Of a stretch of DNA of 62,345 nt, positions 36,755 to 46,722 are shown piece after piece. Under the pieces are notes generated by a model. That model did not search any database. It was not told the origin of the DNA and worked only from the letters and a program-made list of their open reading frames with translations. Position numbers and translations under genes: made by a program. The stretch is from Candidatus Nomurabacteria bacterium (lineage in GTDB: Bacteria; Patescibacteriota; Minisyncoccia; Phycocordibacterales; UBA2100), in the NCBI GenBank assembly GCA_943359395.1, contig CALRHH010000005.1, positions 1 to 62,345 on the forward strand. Reading direction: 5' to 3'. The stretch's first letter is position 1. Each line of letters begins with the position of its first letter.

Positions 36755-38233
36755 ATGATTACCGCTCTCTACTTTGTCGGGGTGAGCGTTTTTACACTCG
36801 CACTATTTTACGTTCTGTTTCGCCGAAGCGGAGGTTTGGATGCGCAGCTCGTAGCCAATCGTCGGATTCCCAGTCAGTATGTCGGGATTTGGATGGCTAT
36901 CGCTTTCACGTGGGGGGCGACCTTTTTTTACGCGGGGCAACTTGCGTATACAGCAGGTTGGCTCGGGCTGACTTTTTACCTATTGGGCAATGGAGGAGGC
37001 CTCGCCTTGGCTTTCTATCTCGCGCCAAAGATTCCGGTTCCCGAGGAAAAATATTCCATTTCCGAGGCAATGAAGGAGCGCTTCAGTAATAAAACCGGGT
37101 GGGTTTACTCAATTGGCATCGTGGGCATTCAAGGGGGGTACGCGCTTACGCTGCAATTTCTCGCCGCCGCCGCTCTCCTTAGCTTTACGATGCAGGCGGA
37201 TAAGACATACACCGTTCTCGCCGCCGCCGCTGCGATGATTGTCCCCGTGATTATCGGCGGTATTCGCTCGTCCGTAGTGCTCGACCTCATCAAAGGCTCG
37301 ATGATGATAGTGCTTATAGCGGTTCTCGCCCCCCTCGCTATTTGGAAGGCGGGTGGATTCCAAGCGGTTCTGGAAGGGTTAGGGGGATACGTTGCGCCAG
37401 GACTTGCATCGTCTGCCTCGACATCGGCTTGGGTATTTGCAATTACAATCGGAATCCCGCTCGTAGTCTCGCTTATTTCTGCGGGAGTAATCGACCAGTC
37501 CCTGTTTCAGAGGTACTTCTCTGTAAATGAGAGAGGTGGAAGAAGACTAGGTTGGCCGCTCGTTGCGGGGTTAGCATTCTTCGTTTTCAACATTCTTGCG
37601 GCCGCATCGCTTGGATTTCTCGCGGCAAACCCTTCACTCGGTATTCATGTGGAGACCGCTCGAATCGCTGGTTTTGCGGCAATCGACGCGCTCGTCCCAA
37701 CTGCGGCCGTATTTTTTACTATCACCGTTATCGCAGCCTTCGTCGCGAGCGGGGACACTGCGCTCAACGCTTCGAGTAGTGTTTGGGCGATGGACGTTTA
37801 TAAAAAATGGTGGCGGATTGATGCAACCGAACGGCAAGTAATGCTCGTACAACGTCTCGCGATGATTGTCTTCATTCTCATCGCGGCTGCGATTGCTCTC
37901 ACAGGGGTGGATATGTTGACGCTTACCATCGCCGTGGGCGTCTTCCGTTCTGCGTTGTTCATTCCGACCGTCGTTGCGTTCGTTGTGGATAAGAAAATAA
38001 TTCCTGATGTATTTGTGGGAATTCTTTTTGCCATGATTGTAAGCCTCGTTCTATATGGGACAGGGAAATACTGCGGGAGCGCTGCAGATGCTTGTCAGTC
38101 ACTCCCACTTTTCTCCGCGAAATGGTACGAGTTCTCAGGAGCGCTTTCGGGGTGGATTATCACAGGGGTGTACTGTCTCCGGATATGGTTGAAGAACCGC
38201 ACGGTAATTGCATATCCACCCCAGTATTCATAA
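36755..38233 (+). CDS. Sodium:solute symporter family protein (tandem paralogue)
   Basis: 492 aa; motifs GGIRSSVVLD, DQSLFQRYFS, ASGDTALNA. Confidence 0.8.
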   Translation: MITALYFVGVSVFTLALFYVLFRRSGGLDAQLVANRRIPSQYVGIWMAIAFTWGATFFYAGQLAYTAGWLGLTFYLLGNGGGLALAFYLAPKIPVPEEKYSISEAMKERFSNKTGWVYSIGIVGIQGGYALTLQFLAAAALLSFTMQADKTYTVLAAAAAMIVPVIIGGIRSSVVLDLIKGSMMIVLIAVLAPLAIWKAGGFQAVLEGLGGYVAPGLASSASTSAWVFAITIGIPLVVSLISAGVIDQSLFQRYFSVNERGGRRLGWPLVAGLAFFVFNILAAASLGFLAANPSLGIHVETARIAGFAAIDALVPTAAVFFTITVIAAFVASGDTALNASSSVWAMDVYKKWWRIDATERQVMLVQRLAMIVFILIAAAIALTGVDMLTLTIAVGVFRSALFIPTVVAFVVDKKIIPDVFVGILFAMIVSLVLYGTGKYCGSAADACQSLPLFSAKWYEFSGALSGWIITGVYCLRIWLKNRTVIAYPPQYS

Positions 38234-38293
38234 TCGATTCAAACGGTCTACGGTGCGTGAGGCGGGCCCATGAGCACAAGCCTTTTTGTTTCT

Positions 38294-38321
38294 TTGACCA
38301 ATGGGTATATGTCGGTATAGT
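38294..38321 (+). promoter_or_regulatory. sigma70-type promoter of the tctC-like gene
   Basis: TTGACC-N16-TATAGT, with SD AAGGAG 6 nt before ATG 38394. Confidence 0.55.
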
Positions 38322-38393
38322 GCGAACGGAACATCGATTCCGAAAAGGCTGGAGCATACCGCTCCCGCCGCCTCACGCTCAAAGGAGCATACG

Positions 38394-39392
38394 ATGAATT
38401 GGACTTTGAAAGCATGCGCATCCCTTCTCGCCTTCGCCTTGGCGAGCGGGTCTGCATCCGTCGCGAAAGCAGAATTTCCCGACGGCGTCATCACGATTAT
38501 CTTCCCATTCTCGGCGGGTTCCGGCGGCGACGTCGGACTTCGCATCTACGCCGAAGCGCTGAGCAGAAAGCTTGGTCAGCCTGTGATTGTCCAGAATAAA
38601 CCCGGCGGAAATAGCGCGATTGCCGCCGCTGAAGCACTTGCGGCACAACGCGACGGCTACACGCTCACGGTGCTCACGTCGGCAAACGCTATCGCATACG
38701 CCGACATGCGCGCACAGAAGAAAAAACTCAGCTATTCAATCGACGACTTCGCTCCACTGAGCGGCTTTGCCGAATTCTTCAACGTCATCGCCGTACCAGC
38801 GGATTCACCGTTCAAGACGCTCGGCGACTTGCTGAGCTATGCAAAAACGAACCCCTGCACGCTGAACATTGGAACGACCACCTACAATTCCGCGAATAAT
38901 CTTGTCGCGAAGTTGTTGGCGCACGACGCGGGCGTGAAGTACACCATCGTCACGCACACGAAGACCAGTGAGCTCACCACAAACACAATGCAGGGACGCG
39001 TTCATGCGGGCATCCAGCTTTATGCGGTGTTCGAAGGTCAGTTTCAAGCTGGCACACTGCGTCCGCTTGCGGTCGTGACGGCGAAGCGTTCGGCGTATCT
39101 TCCGAACGTGCCGTCGGTCGCGGAAACGGTTCCGAACTACGCGGTTCCGTCGTGGATGGCTCTCTACGTTCCTAAAGGCGTTCCAAAGGACCGTGTGGAG
39201 CTGCTCGGAAAAGCCTCACGAGCCGTGCTGACGGATATCTCCGTAACTGCACGTCTCAAGGAAATCGGCTTCGAGTCTCTGGCCACACAACCCGAAGAGC
39301 AAGATTCGCTCATGCGCGGTGAAATGAAGAAATGGGACAGTTTCTTTACCGAACGTGCGGGAAATCAGGAAAAGGTTTGCAGCGGCATGTGA
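38394..39392 (+). CDS. Tripartite tricarboxylate transporter substrate-binding protein (TctC/Bug family)
   Basis: Signal peptide ending AKA; FP...ITIIFPFSAGSGGD, GQPVIVQNKPGG, DGYTL, LRPLAV, PNVPSVAE, W.ALYVPKGVP. Confidence 0.85.
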   Translation: MNWTLKACASLLAFALASGSASVAKAEFPDGVITIIFPFSAGSGGDVGLRIYAEALSRKLGQPVIVQNKPGGNSAIAAAEALAAQRDGYTLTVLTSANAIAYADMRAQKKKLSYSIDDFAPLSGFAEFFNVIAVPADSPFKTLGDLLSYAKTNPCTLNIGTTTYNSANNLVAKLLAHDAGVKYTIVTHTKTSELTTNTMQGRVHAGIQLYAVFEGQFQAGTLRPLAVVTAKRSAYLPNVPSVAETVPNYAVPSWMALYVPKGVPKDRVELLGKASRAVLTDISVTARLKEIGFESLATQPEEQDSLMRGEMKKWDSFFTERAGNQEKVCSGM

Positions 39393-39414
39393 CCTTGCCG
39401 GATTTCGACTTCGT

Positions 39415-39445
39415 AGTCCCCGCGGGAAACCGCGGGGACTTTTTT
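39415..39445 (+). terminator. Rho-independent terminator
   Basis: AGTCCCCGCGG-GAAA-CCGCGGGGACT followed by TTTTT. Confidence 0.85.
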
Positions 39446-39542
39446 AAATGCTTTTATTGCGGTGTCGGTGAGCACGTGGCATAGTCCCGACAGGAGCACG
39501 GTCTTTTTGTCATCAACCAGAATGGAAGTGGAAGGAAATCAG

Positions 39543-40943
39543 ATGTCAGAACGCATAAAGATTGAATTCGACGGTCCGGACAGTGTCCGAATCGACGGCA
39601 TATCAAATGCCACCGAGACGACCGTTGACTTTGAACGGCATCTCGGTGTGGTTGACGAAGCCCTCGCACGGAATTTCCGTGTCAACGGGCGTCTCTTCGC
39701 CGCAGGTCGCGGTGACGAGAATTGCGTCCGAGTGCGCATGCTCGATGCGTCGGGTCTCGTGGAAAAAGAATTTCTCGACCTCGTCGTCGCGTTTGGTGCC
39801 GGCGGTCCGGGTACTCATCCCGGCATCGCTCGGCTAGTCGCACAGCAAATGACGGAGGGAACGCCGCCGGTCGCCGGGAACGTGATGCATCCGCTTCTGA
39901 TGCCCACTCTCCTGGCACTTCGGAAGATTTCCGACATGCCCAATGCTCGTGTTTTCTTCTGCAACGATAGTACCGTTGCCACGAGTGTGGCGATGCGTCT
40001 TGCCCTGTGGCGTCATGTGAAGAAACGGGGACGTATGCTCAGTGCAACTGACTCCGCATGGGCTGATTCCTGTATTGTTGTCGCCGAGCGCGGATACCAC
40101 GGCTCGTGCGACCTCTCCCGCGCGGTGCTAGGGGAGGTGGCCACGAGCAACTTCGGCCCCCTGCCGGACACGGTTCTGAAAGTACCGTTCGGCAATATCG
40201 CTGCACTCCGTACCTTATTCGAAGTGCAGGGCGACGTGATTGCTGGTGTCTTGCTCGAGCCTGTGCAAGGTGCCGCCGGGTGCGTCGCGCCGCCGGAAGG
40301 GTATCTCCGCGAAGTTGCGGAGCTCTGTCGGGACCACGATGTCGTATTCATCGCTGACGAAGTCAAAAGTGGTTTCGGCCGTCTCGGACAATTCTTCTAC
40401 AGTCCGAGCGTCGGCGCTGCGCCGGATCTCATCTGTTCCGGTAAGAGTGCGGGCGGTGGAGTCTTGCCCCTCTCATTCGTCATCGGCAAGCCCGATCTCA
40501 TGGAGGGCTTTGAACAGACAGCGTGGGGTGTGACGTGGAGCGCATCGCCGGCTCAGTGCGTTGCGTTGTTGGCTTGGATTAAGAAACTAAGCGACAAGAG
40601 CCCGGACTCACCAAGCCTCTTGAGTGAGGTTCGCAGAAAGTCACTGTTGCTTGAGAACACACTTGATTCTCTCAAGCGAAAGTTTCCCAAGCAAGTGGTT
40701 GGATGCGATGGCGTTGGCCTCATGCGATCCATCGAGACAGTTTTCGACGGACGCGCATTGGCCGACGCACTCTTGCTTCAAGGAGTCTACACGACACCGA
40801 TTGTCCATCCGGACGTTGTGGTAAGTCAGAAAAGGCGCGTCTATATTGCCCCCGCTTTGACCATCCGCGACGACCAGATTCGACAAATCGGGACTGCGTT
40901 TGGCGACGCAATCGCAGTTCTTTCTCAGACACAAAACGGATAA
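39543..40943 (+). CDS. Class III PLP-dependent aminotransferase (ornithine/acetylornithine-AT-like, divergent)
   Basis: Motifs GYHGS, EPVQGAAG, FIADEVKSGFGRLG, PDLICSGKSAGGG (PLP Lys). Start ATG 39543 follows GGAAGG. Confidence 0.8.
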   Translation: MSERIKIEFDGPDSVRIDGISNATETTVDFERHLGVVDEALARNFRVNGRLFAAGRGDENCVRVRMLDASGLVEKEFLDLVVAFGAGGPGTHPGIARLVAQQMTEGTPPVAGNVMHPLLMPTLLALRKISDMPNARVFFCNDSTVATSVAMRLALWRHVKKRGRMLSATDSAWADSCIVVAERGYHGSCDLSRAVLGEVATSNFGPLPDTVLKVPFGNIAALRTLFEVQGDVIAGVLLEPVQGAAGCVAPPEGYLREVAELCRDHDVVFIADEVKSGFGRLGQFFYSPSVGAAPDLICSGKSAGGGVLPLSFVIGKPDLMEGFEQTAWGVTWSASPAQCVALLAWIKKLSDKSPDSPSLLSEVRRKSLLLENTLDSLKRKFPKQVVGCDGVGLMRSIETVFDGRALADALLLQGVYTTPIVHPDVVVSQKRRVYIAPALTIRDDQIRQIGTAFGDAIAVLSQTQNG

Positions 40944-40982
40944 TTGTTGCGCCACAAGAGGCTCGCACGGTTGTTCGGAATT

Positions 40983-41011
40983 GGGCGCGGCCGCAAAGCC
41001 GCGCCCCTTTT
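40983..41011 (+). terminator. Rho-independent terminator
   Basis: GGGCGCGGC-CGCAAA-GCCGCGCCC followed by CTTTTCTTATTTTT. Confidence 0.75.
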
Positions 41012-41054
41012 CTTATTTTTTATACAGGACTCGTGAGATAGAGCCAATCTCTCG

Positions 41055-41501
41055 TTAGAGTGGGTTGCCGTATAAAATCAGCTTGGAACGAAACTCCCCA
41101 GATATCTTGTTTGTCACGTCGATTGCTACACGCGTCCCGGGGGTAATGTCAGCTAATGTCCCGCGCGATAGTGCAGAGAGAGAAGTGAAAACTGGAGCCC
41201 CGACTGGCTCAAGATCTTGGCGGGCGATGTATGCTTCGTCCTCGACGAGAACATTCACATCTAGATACTTGTTGCCGAAATTATCTCTCAGAGAAACAAC
41301 CATGCTCTTTTTCGTTGTATCAACGGATTTGGCGGTTCCATAAATGAACCGTGAAGAGGCAATCTCTGCGGTCCGCACACTCTTGTCCAGTTGACGAAGC
41401 GCGAAGTGTTGCACAGAAAGGAGGTACAGGCACATTCCGACAAACATCGCACATGCTGCTGATAGGACAAGAGTAGTAAAGATGGGTAAACGCGAGCTCA
41501 T
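41055..41501 (-). CDS. Hypothetical membrane-anchored protein (possible OB/DUF5666-like beta domain)
   Basis: TM helix followed by a beta-rich domain: GTAKSVD...LADITPGTRVAIDV. Confidence 0.55.
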   Translation of the reverse strand: MSSRLPIFTTLVLSAACAMFVGMCLYLLSVQHFALRQLDKSVRTAEIASSRFIYGTAKSVDTTKKSMVVSLRDNFGNKYLDVNVLVEDEAYIARQDLEPVGAPVFTSLSALSRGTLADITPGTRVAIDVTNKISGEFRSKLILYGNPL

Positions 41502-41878
41502 AGCACAACGGGGTCCTTCCTTAGTAAGGTGTTCAGGAAGGAGAAGTGGAGTAAGCCAGGTGAACGGACGATTGATGCGCTCACGTAGTCACCTATCTGT
41601 AACTGAGAAACTTGTGCGGAATCATCGATCTTTCCGTAATATGACACGATGCGTTCAAAGCTATGAATATCTCTTGTCTCGAGCGTCATGTATCCGTCGG
41701 TCGATAACGTGCGTATAGTGCCGTTCATTCGAACAACCCCGTGCGCTATTTGAGAGGTTTTAAATACTGAGGCGCTCGCGTCGAGAGCCGCGACGAGGGG
41801 GCGTGTTGTGCCATATCCGAGAGCAACACCAATAACCAATCCTCCGCAGACGACCGAATACAGAGCGAGACGCTTCAT
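41498..41878 (-). CDS. Hypothetical membrane-anchored protein (possible OB/DUF5666-like beta domain)
   Basis: Start refined to MKRLAL; GTIRTL...SQLQIGDYVSASI; coupled to the next gene. Confidence 0.55.
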   Translation of the reverse strand: MKRLALYSVVCGGLVIGVALGYGTTRPLVAALDASASVFKTSQIAHGVVRMNGTIRTLSTDGYMTLETRDIHSFERIVSYYGKIDDSAQVSQLQIGDYVSASIVRSPGLLHFSFLNTLLRKDPVVL

Positions 41879-41959
41879 AATACTGCTCAGTATACCTTGT
41901 ATATACACACCGTGCTGAGCTATGGGGATTGCGGATGATACACTCTCAACGTGAGTGCT

Positions 41960-43792
41960 ATGCAACGAATTATATCCTCAATTGCACCGTATTTTCTTCC
42001 TCTCCTTCTTCCCGTTCTCCCGTTTGTAGGCATCATGACGCCGGGAGGGGAGACCTTTTGGGGGGGCATTTTTTCAGCGGCAACAGTAGGCATCGCATGT
42101 ATTCTCACAGGTCTCGTAGTGATATTTGGGTTTCGAAGCGGAAGGGGATTGTTTTCGATGGCCGCGCTGCTCGGCGTGCCGTTACTTGTGGCGGGAACTG
42201 TTTCGGCGGTTAGTACGGAAAGTTCCATCACGCTCGCGGGTTTTCTCGGACAGGGATTTGAGTTCGGTAGCTGGGGCTCACTTGCTCTCATTACTCTAAC
42301 GATTGCCCTCTGCGTGTATGCAACTCGAGGTGTGGCGCCCGCGTTTTTGGCAACAATTTCTCTCGTTTCCGTCCTAGTCTCCCTGTGCGCAATACTTCTA
42401 TGGTTCGGTGTGTCTTTGTTTGTGCCTCTGACCACACTCGCACCTCTCGCGTCTTTCTTCTTGTGCGCCGCGTCGATTACAGCGGCAGTACTTTTTGATT
42501 CGGGGAGAAGGTATCGGGTAGCCTATGCCTCAGCTTCCGCTCTCTCGTTTATTGGTTTTTTCGTTTTCTTTAATCCATGGGCTGCGTATGTTGGCATTGG
42601 GGTAGTTCTTGTAAATATTGTGTATTCTCTCCACCCCGAAGAAGGGCCGTCTCTGACTACATTTCCGTTCGCGACCGCTGTTGTGGGGACGGCGCTCTCT
42701 TTGTCGAATGTCTTCGGTTTTACGGCGCCGCAAGTTGTAGTTCCTCTCGACATCCGTCCTTCGCTTACCGCAACAGAATACATTACTGGACCTGAGTACC
42801 TTTTTTCATTTCGTACGACTCTTCTCGGAACAGGACCAGGCTCACTATCGTACGCATGGAACTTGTATCGGCCCGTGGAGTTTAACGCGGATTCAAGGTG
42901 GTACGTGACGCCCGATTCAACCTTCAGTACCGCAACGACTCTTGCCATCGAGGTAGGAATACTCGGTTTCTTCGGCTTTCTTTTGTTGCCTCTGGTAGTG
43001 CTTTTCAAGTCGGTCTCGGTGAGCTCACCCTCGGCCGGCGTGCTTAAAGCTCTTCGCTCGCTCGCTCTGTTTTTATTCGGATCGGCACTCTTTTATTCAA
43101 TAGACTTGTCGTTGTTGCTCATCGGAGTTGCTGCGGTCGGGTTGTCTTTCTCGGAGGAATATGCAGAACCCTATGTTGAACCACTGAGTAGGGGACGCCG
43201 TCGGGTGCTCCTACTGGTCGCGGCTGTCGTGATGTGTGTGGGATTCTCCTTGACTCTCGTGGCCTCGCTTCAAGGAAGCGGGGCGTATTATGCGACACGG
43301 GGGCAAGTCGTGCTTGACGAAGGCAATCCAGATGACGCATCAATCCTTTTTGATAAAGCGGTTGCCGTATGGCCCGCGGCGTCCTATTTGCGCGGCACCT
43401 CTATTTCTTATGCCCGTAAACTTTTCGGTCGTCTTGAGAGTGGAGTAATCGTTTCTGATGCCGTTGCTGCACGAGCGGACGCTGACAAGGCGGTTGCCTT
43501 TGCCAAGCGAGCAACAAACGCGGATGATAGAGATTATGCCCTCTGGCTTTACAAGGGCTCACTCTATACTGCCCTTGTCCAGATGGAGTACCCTGATGCC
43601 AGTGAAAGCGCTCGAATGTCTCTCAATCGCGCGCAGACACTCGCGCCGAATCGACCAGATATTCCATACATGCAAGCACTTCTCAACATAGCGCTGGGAA
43701 ATTCACAGCTTGCGCGTGAAGACATACAAAAAGCACTCAATTTAAAGCCAAACTATAAAGACGCCCTCGACTTACTACAGTCCCTCAGGTAA
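41960..43792 (+). CDS. O-antigen ligase-like polytopic membrane protein with C-terminal TPR repeats
   Basis: ~12 TM helices, LLGTGPGSLSYAW loop, E.GILG, C-terminal TPR-like helices (RAQTLAPNRPD, KALNLKPNY). Confidence 0.65.
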   Translation: MQRIISSIAPYFLPLLLPVLPFVGIMTPGGETFWGGIFSAATVGIACILTGLVVIFGFRSGRGLFSMAALLGVPLLVAGTVSAVSTESSITLAGFLGQGFEFGSWGSLALITLTIALCVYATRGVAPAFLATISLVSVLVSLCAILLWFGVSLFVPLTTLAPLASFFLCAASITAAVLFDSGRRYRVAYASASALSFIGFFVFFNPWAAYVGIGVVLVNIVYSLHPEEGPSLTTFPFATAVVGTALSLSNVFGFTAPQVVVPLDIRPSLTATEYITGPEYLFSFRTTLLGTGPGSLSYAWNLYRPVEFNADSRWYVTPDSTFSTATTLAIEVGILGFFGFLLLPLVVLFKSVSVSSPSAGVLKALRSLALFLFGSALFYSIDLSLLLIGVAAVGLSFSEEYAEPYVEPLSRGRRRVLLLVAAVVMCVGFSLTLVASLQGSGAYYATRGQVVLDEGNPDDASILFDKAVAVWPAASYLRGTSISYARKLFGRLESGVIVSDAVAARADADKAVAFAKRATNADDRDYALWLYKGSLYTALVQMEYPDASESARMSLNRAQTLAPNRPDIPYMQALLNIALGNSQLAREDIQKALNLKPNYKDALDLLQSLR

Positions 43793-43894
43793 TTGCTGGG
43801 GCAGCATTCTATCCCCAGATTCAGTGGCGCACGCTTTCTGTCTTGCCACTGTGGTAAAATGCTCGTATAGCTGTAAACAGGGCTAGCTTGTCGC

Positions 43895-45076
43895 ATGTCT
43901 TTATCGAATTTCATTCAGTATCATAACGCGGTTCCCATCGCACTCGGAGTCATATTTCTCGGTGCGGGGGCTACTTTTGCTGCGACTAATCCAGAAGCCA
44001 TATATTCAGCTCAGCAGACGGTAGTTTCTATCGACAACACCTATATTGCCAATAGAGACATATCCAATTACTCGCCGCAGGTACAAATAGTAAACGTGAC
44101 GGAAGATGCTGATAATTATTACGTCGCCTATAGGTTCACAACCATCGATATTCAAAACAGTGTTTGGCAAGATGTCGTGAAGTCCGAAATCATGAAAGTA
44201 TCCAAAGCGGACTTGGGAGAGTACCGCGACCTCGGCGTATACGTAACTCAGCAGCTCAAACAAATTGTGGATAGGGAAATAGAACGCCTCACGACAACTC
44301 AAGAGATAGAGCGGCGGAACGTTACGCAAAAAACAGTGGCGACAGCATACGGCGGCCTTGTCGGTAAGTTCCTAGATACAAATACCGAAACGTTACCTGG
44401 ATATACTCCAGTCGTTACCCCGCCTCCACCTCCCGTACAGGTAGCAGCCGCAGTTGTTTCTGAAACTCCACTTCCTACGAATGAGCCAGCTACGAGCGGT
44501 TCTGCTACCACGACTGAAACGCAGGTCTCCATTCCGCCGCCTTCCGACGCGACTTCCACTCCCATAGGTCCGACACTACAAGTTTTGGGTGATAATCCCG
44601 CGCGCGTAGCGGTGGGTTCGACGTACTCCGACCTTGGCGCGTCAATAACAGGTCCATCAACTCAAGATTTGGAATTGAGCATCCGCGTCTATATAAACGG
44701 TAATCAAACGACCTCCGTCGTGCTTGATACGAGCGTTGCTCGGGTATGGACTGTCCGTTACGCAGCAACAAATGCGGCGGGAATTACCTCTTCCATCGAG
44801 CGGCAGGTGATAATTTTTGAACCGACTTCTCCCGTTTCTCCCAACACAGTCCCCGGAACAACTACTTCTGCCACTACAACGCCCGCAACGACAACCCCTT
44901 CTGCCGCTCCTGTTCCCGTAACGACAACTACCGCACCAGTGATTTCCCCTCCGGCTCCCACACCAACTGAGCCCTTAGTTCCGGCTGCAACCACTACCTC
45001 GGAAACTACGCCAGAACCAACTCCAACCCCAGAGACAGCACCTCCACCTCCGGCCGAAACTCCCGCTGCTCAGTAG
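43895..45076 (+). CDS. Surface protein with a DUF5011-like Ig domain and a Pro/Thr-rich tail
   Basis: N-terminal TM helix; PTLQVLGDNPARVAVGSTYSDLGA...VRYAATNAAG...RQVII; low-complexity P/T/A/E C-terminus. Confidence 0.7.
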   Translation: MSLSNFIQYHNAVPIALGVIFLGAGATFAATNPEAIYSAQQTVVSIDNTYIANRDISNYSPQVQIVNVTEDADNYYVAYRFTTIDIQNSVWQDVVKSEIMKVSKADLGEYRDLGVYVTQQLKQIVDREIERLTTTQEIERRNVTQKTVATAYGGLVGKFLDTNTETLPGYTPVVTPPPPPVQVAAAVVSETPLPTNEPATSGSATTTETQVSIPPPSDATSTPIGPTLQVLGDNPARVAVGSTYSDLGASITGPSTQDLELSIRVYINGNQTTSVVLDTSVARVWTVRYAATNAAGITSSIERQVIIFEPTSPVSPNTVPGTTTSATTTPATTTPSAAPVPVTTTTAPVISPPAPTPTEPLVPAATTTSETTPEPTPTPETAPPPPAETPAAQ

Positions 45077-45157
45077 CGGAATCTTCGGAGCAATGTCCAA
45101 GTATGTGGGGATAAGGGCACTGCAGACGAAGAAGAAAGAAGTGATAGAATCATGCCC

Positions 45158-46171
45158 ATGATACGAGTGGCAATAAACGGGTTTGGGAGAATCGGTCGGG
45201 GTTTTTTTCGGGCAGCGTATGAGCATAGTGAGTTTGAAGTGGTCGCAATCAACGACCTCGCTTCAGCAGAAAACCTCGCGTACCTTCTAAAATACGACAC
45301 GGTCTACGGACGAGCAAAATTTCCTGTTGCGGCAGCTCCAAATGCTCTTGTCGTCAATGGTAAAACTATTTCCATCATTGCTGAAAAAGAACCGATGAAA
45401 TTGCCGTGGAAAGATATGCAAATAGATATCGTTGTCGAATCGACAGGTTTCTTTGCTGATGCGGAGAAAGCGAGGGCGCATATAGAGGCGGGTGCCAAGC
45501 ACGTCGTCATCACGGCCCCCGGAAAAGGCGAAGGTGTCGACACAATACTCATTGGTGCCAATGAAGAAAAATTCGCTACATGCGGTGCCATTACTTCAAA
45601 CGCTTCATGTACGACCAATGCAGCAAGCCCCATCATCGGGATTCTCGACGAGGCAGTCGGTATTGAGCGTGCCATTCTCAACACCACTCACGGATATACG
45701 GCAAGTCAAAGTCTTGTAGACGGCGGCAAGGCGAAAGATATGCGCGAGCAGCGAGCCGCTGCACAAAATATGGTGCCGACTTCGACGGGAGCTGCGAAAG
45801 CTACGGCACTCGCGTATCCTCAACTCAAGGGGAAATTTGACGGCATCTCAGTACGTGTGCCGGTTCCCTCTGGTTCTATCGTAGACATAACATTTGTGTC
45901 CAAGCGACCAACTACTCCAGAAGAAGTAAACGACGCGCTCCGCACGGCCGCTACGACTGATCGTTGGAAGAGTGTCTTTTCAGTCACTGAGGAGCCGCTT
46001 GTGTCGTCGGATATTCTCGGACTTCCGTACGGAGCGATAGCCGACCTCGGGATGACACGCGTGGTAGATAGTACCCTCGTGAAGGTCTTGGCGTGGTACG
46101 ACAACGAAATGGGGTATACACATACATTGATAGAACACGTATTGAGGGTAGCCGCTCACATCAAGAAGTAG
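45158..46171 (+). CDS. gap: Type I glyceraldehyde-3-phosphate dehydrogenase
   Basis: VAINGFGRIGR, SNASCTTN, WYDNE. Confidence 0.97.
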   Translation: MIRVAINGFGRIGRGFFRAAYEHSEFEVVAINDLASAENLAYLLKYDTVYGRAKFPVAAAPNALVVNGKTISIIAEKEPMKLPWKDMQIDIVVESTGFFADAEKARAHIEAGAKHVVITAPGKGEGVDTILIGANEEKFATCGAITSNASCTTNAASPIIGILDEAVGIERAILNTTHGYTASQSLVDGGKAKDMREQRAAAQNMVPTSTGAAKATALAYPQLKGKFDGISVRVPVPSGSIVDITFVSKRPTTPEEVNDALRTAATTDRWKSVFSVTEEPLVSSDILGLPYGAIADLGMTRVVDSTLVKVLAWYDNEMGYTHTLIEHVLRVAAHIKK

Positions 46172-46173
46172 AC

Positions 46174-46653
46174 ATGAAGGTATATTTTGCTTCTGACCAT
46201 GGAGGTTTTCCCTTGAAAGAGGTCTTGAAGCCGTATGTACAGTCACTTGGCTACGAAATCGAAGACATGGGCGCATATACCCTCGACATGAATGATGACT
46301 ACCCGGTTTTTGTACAGGCAGCGGCCCGCAAAGTCTCGGAGGACCCTACGGGAAGTCGCGGCATTGTCATCGGAGGGTCGGGGCAAGGCGAAGCATTTGC
46401 GGCGAATCGCATTAAAGGGGTGCGCGCAGTTGTCTATTACGGAGAACCTGCGAGGAAACAAACCGATGCGGACGGCAAGCAGCTTGATATGATTACTTCT
46501 ACCAGGGAACACAATGACTCCAATGTCCTTTCGCTCGCGGGGCGCTTTCTTACGGAAGAAGAAGCGAAAGAAGCCGTGCGAAGATGGCTTGTGACACCGC
46601 ATGGCGGCTCGGAGCGGCATGCCCGCCGGCACCGGATGCTCGACGGAAAATAG
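46174..46653 (+). CDS. rpiB: Ribose-5-phosphate isomerase B family
   Basis: ASDHGG, DDYP, GGSGQGE, ANR.KGVRA, HNDSNVL, RHARR. Confidence 0.9.
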   Translation: MKVYFASDHGGFPLKEVLKPYVQSLGYEIEDMGAYTLDMNDDYPVFVQAAARKVSEDPTGSRGIVIGGSGQGEAFAANRIKGVRAVVYYGEPARKQTDADGKQLDMITSTREHNDSNVLSLAGRFLTEEEAKEAVRRWLVTPHGGSERHARRHRMLDGK

Positions 46654-46722
46654 GACTCTGTCGCCTAAGGTATCCCCAAAAGCGCCGTATACAGTTAAGG
46701 CTGAAAGGCGTATACTGCCCCG

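Noticed and set aside
44870-45076. Tandem repeat or diversity region in the Pro/Thr-rich tail
   Set aside because: This is low-complexity linker sequence with no exact repeat unit.
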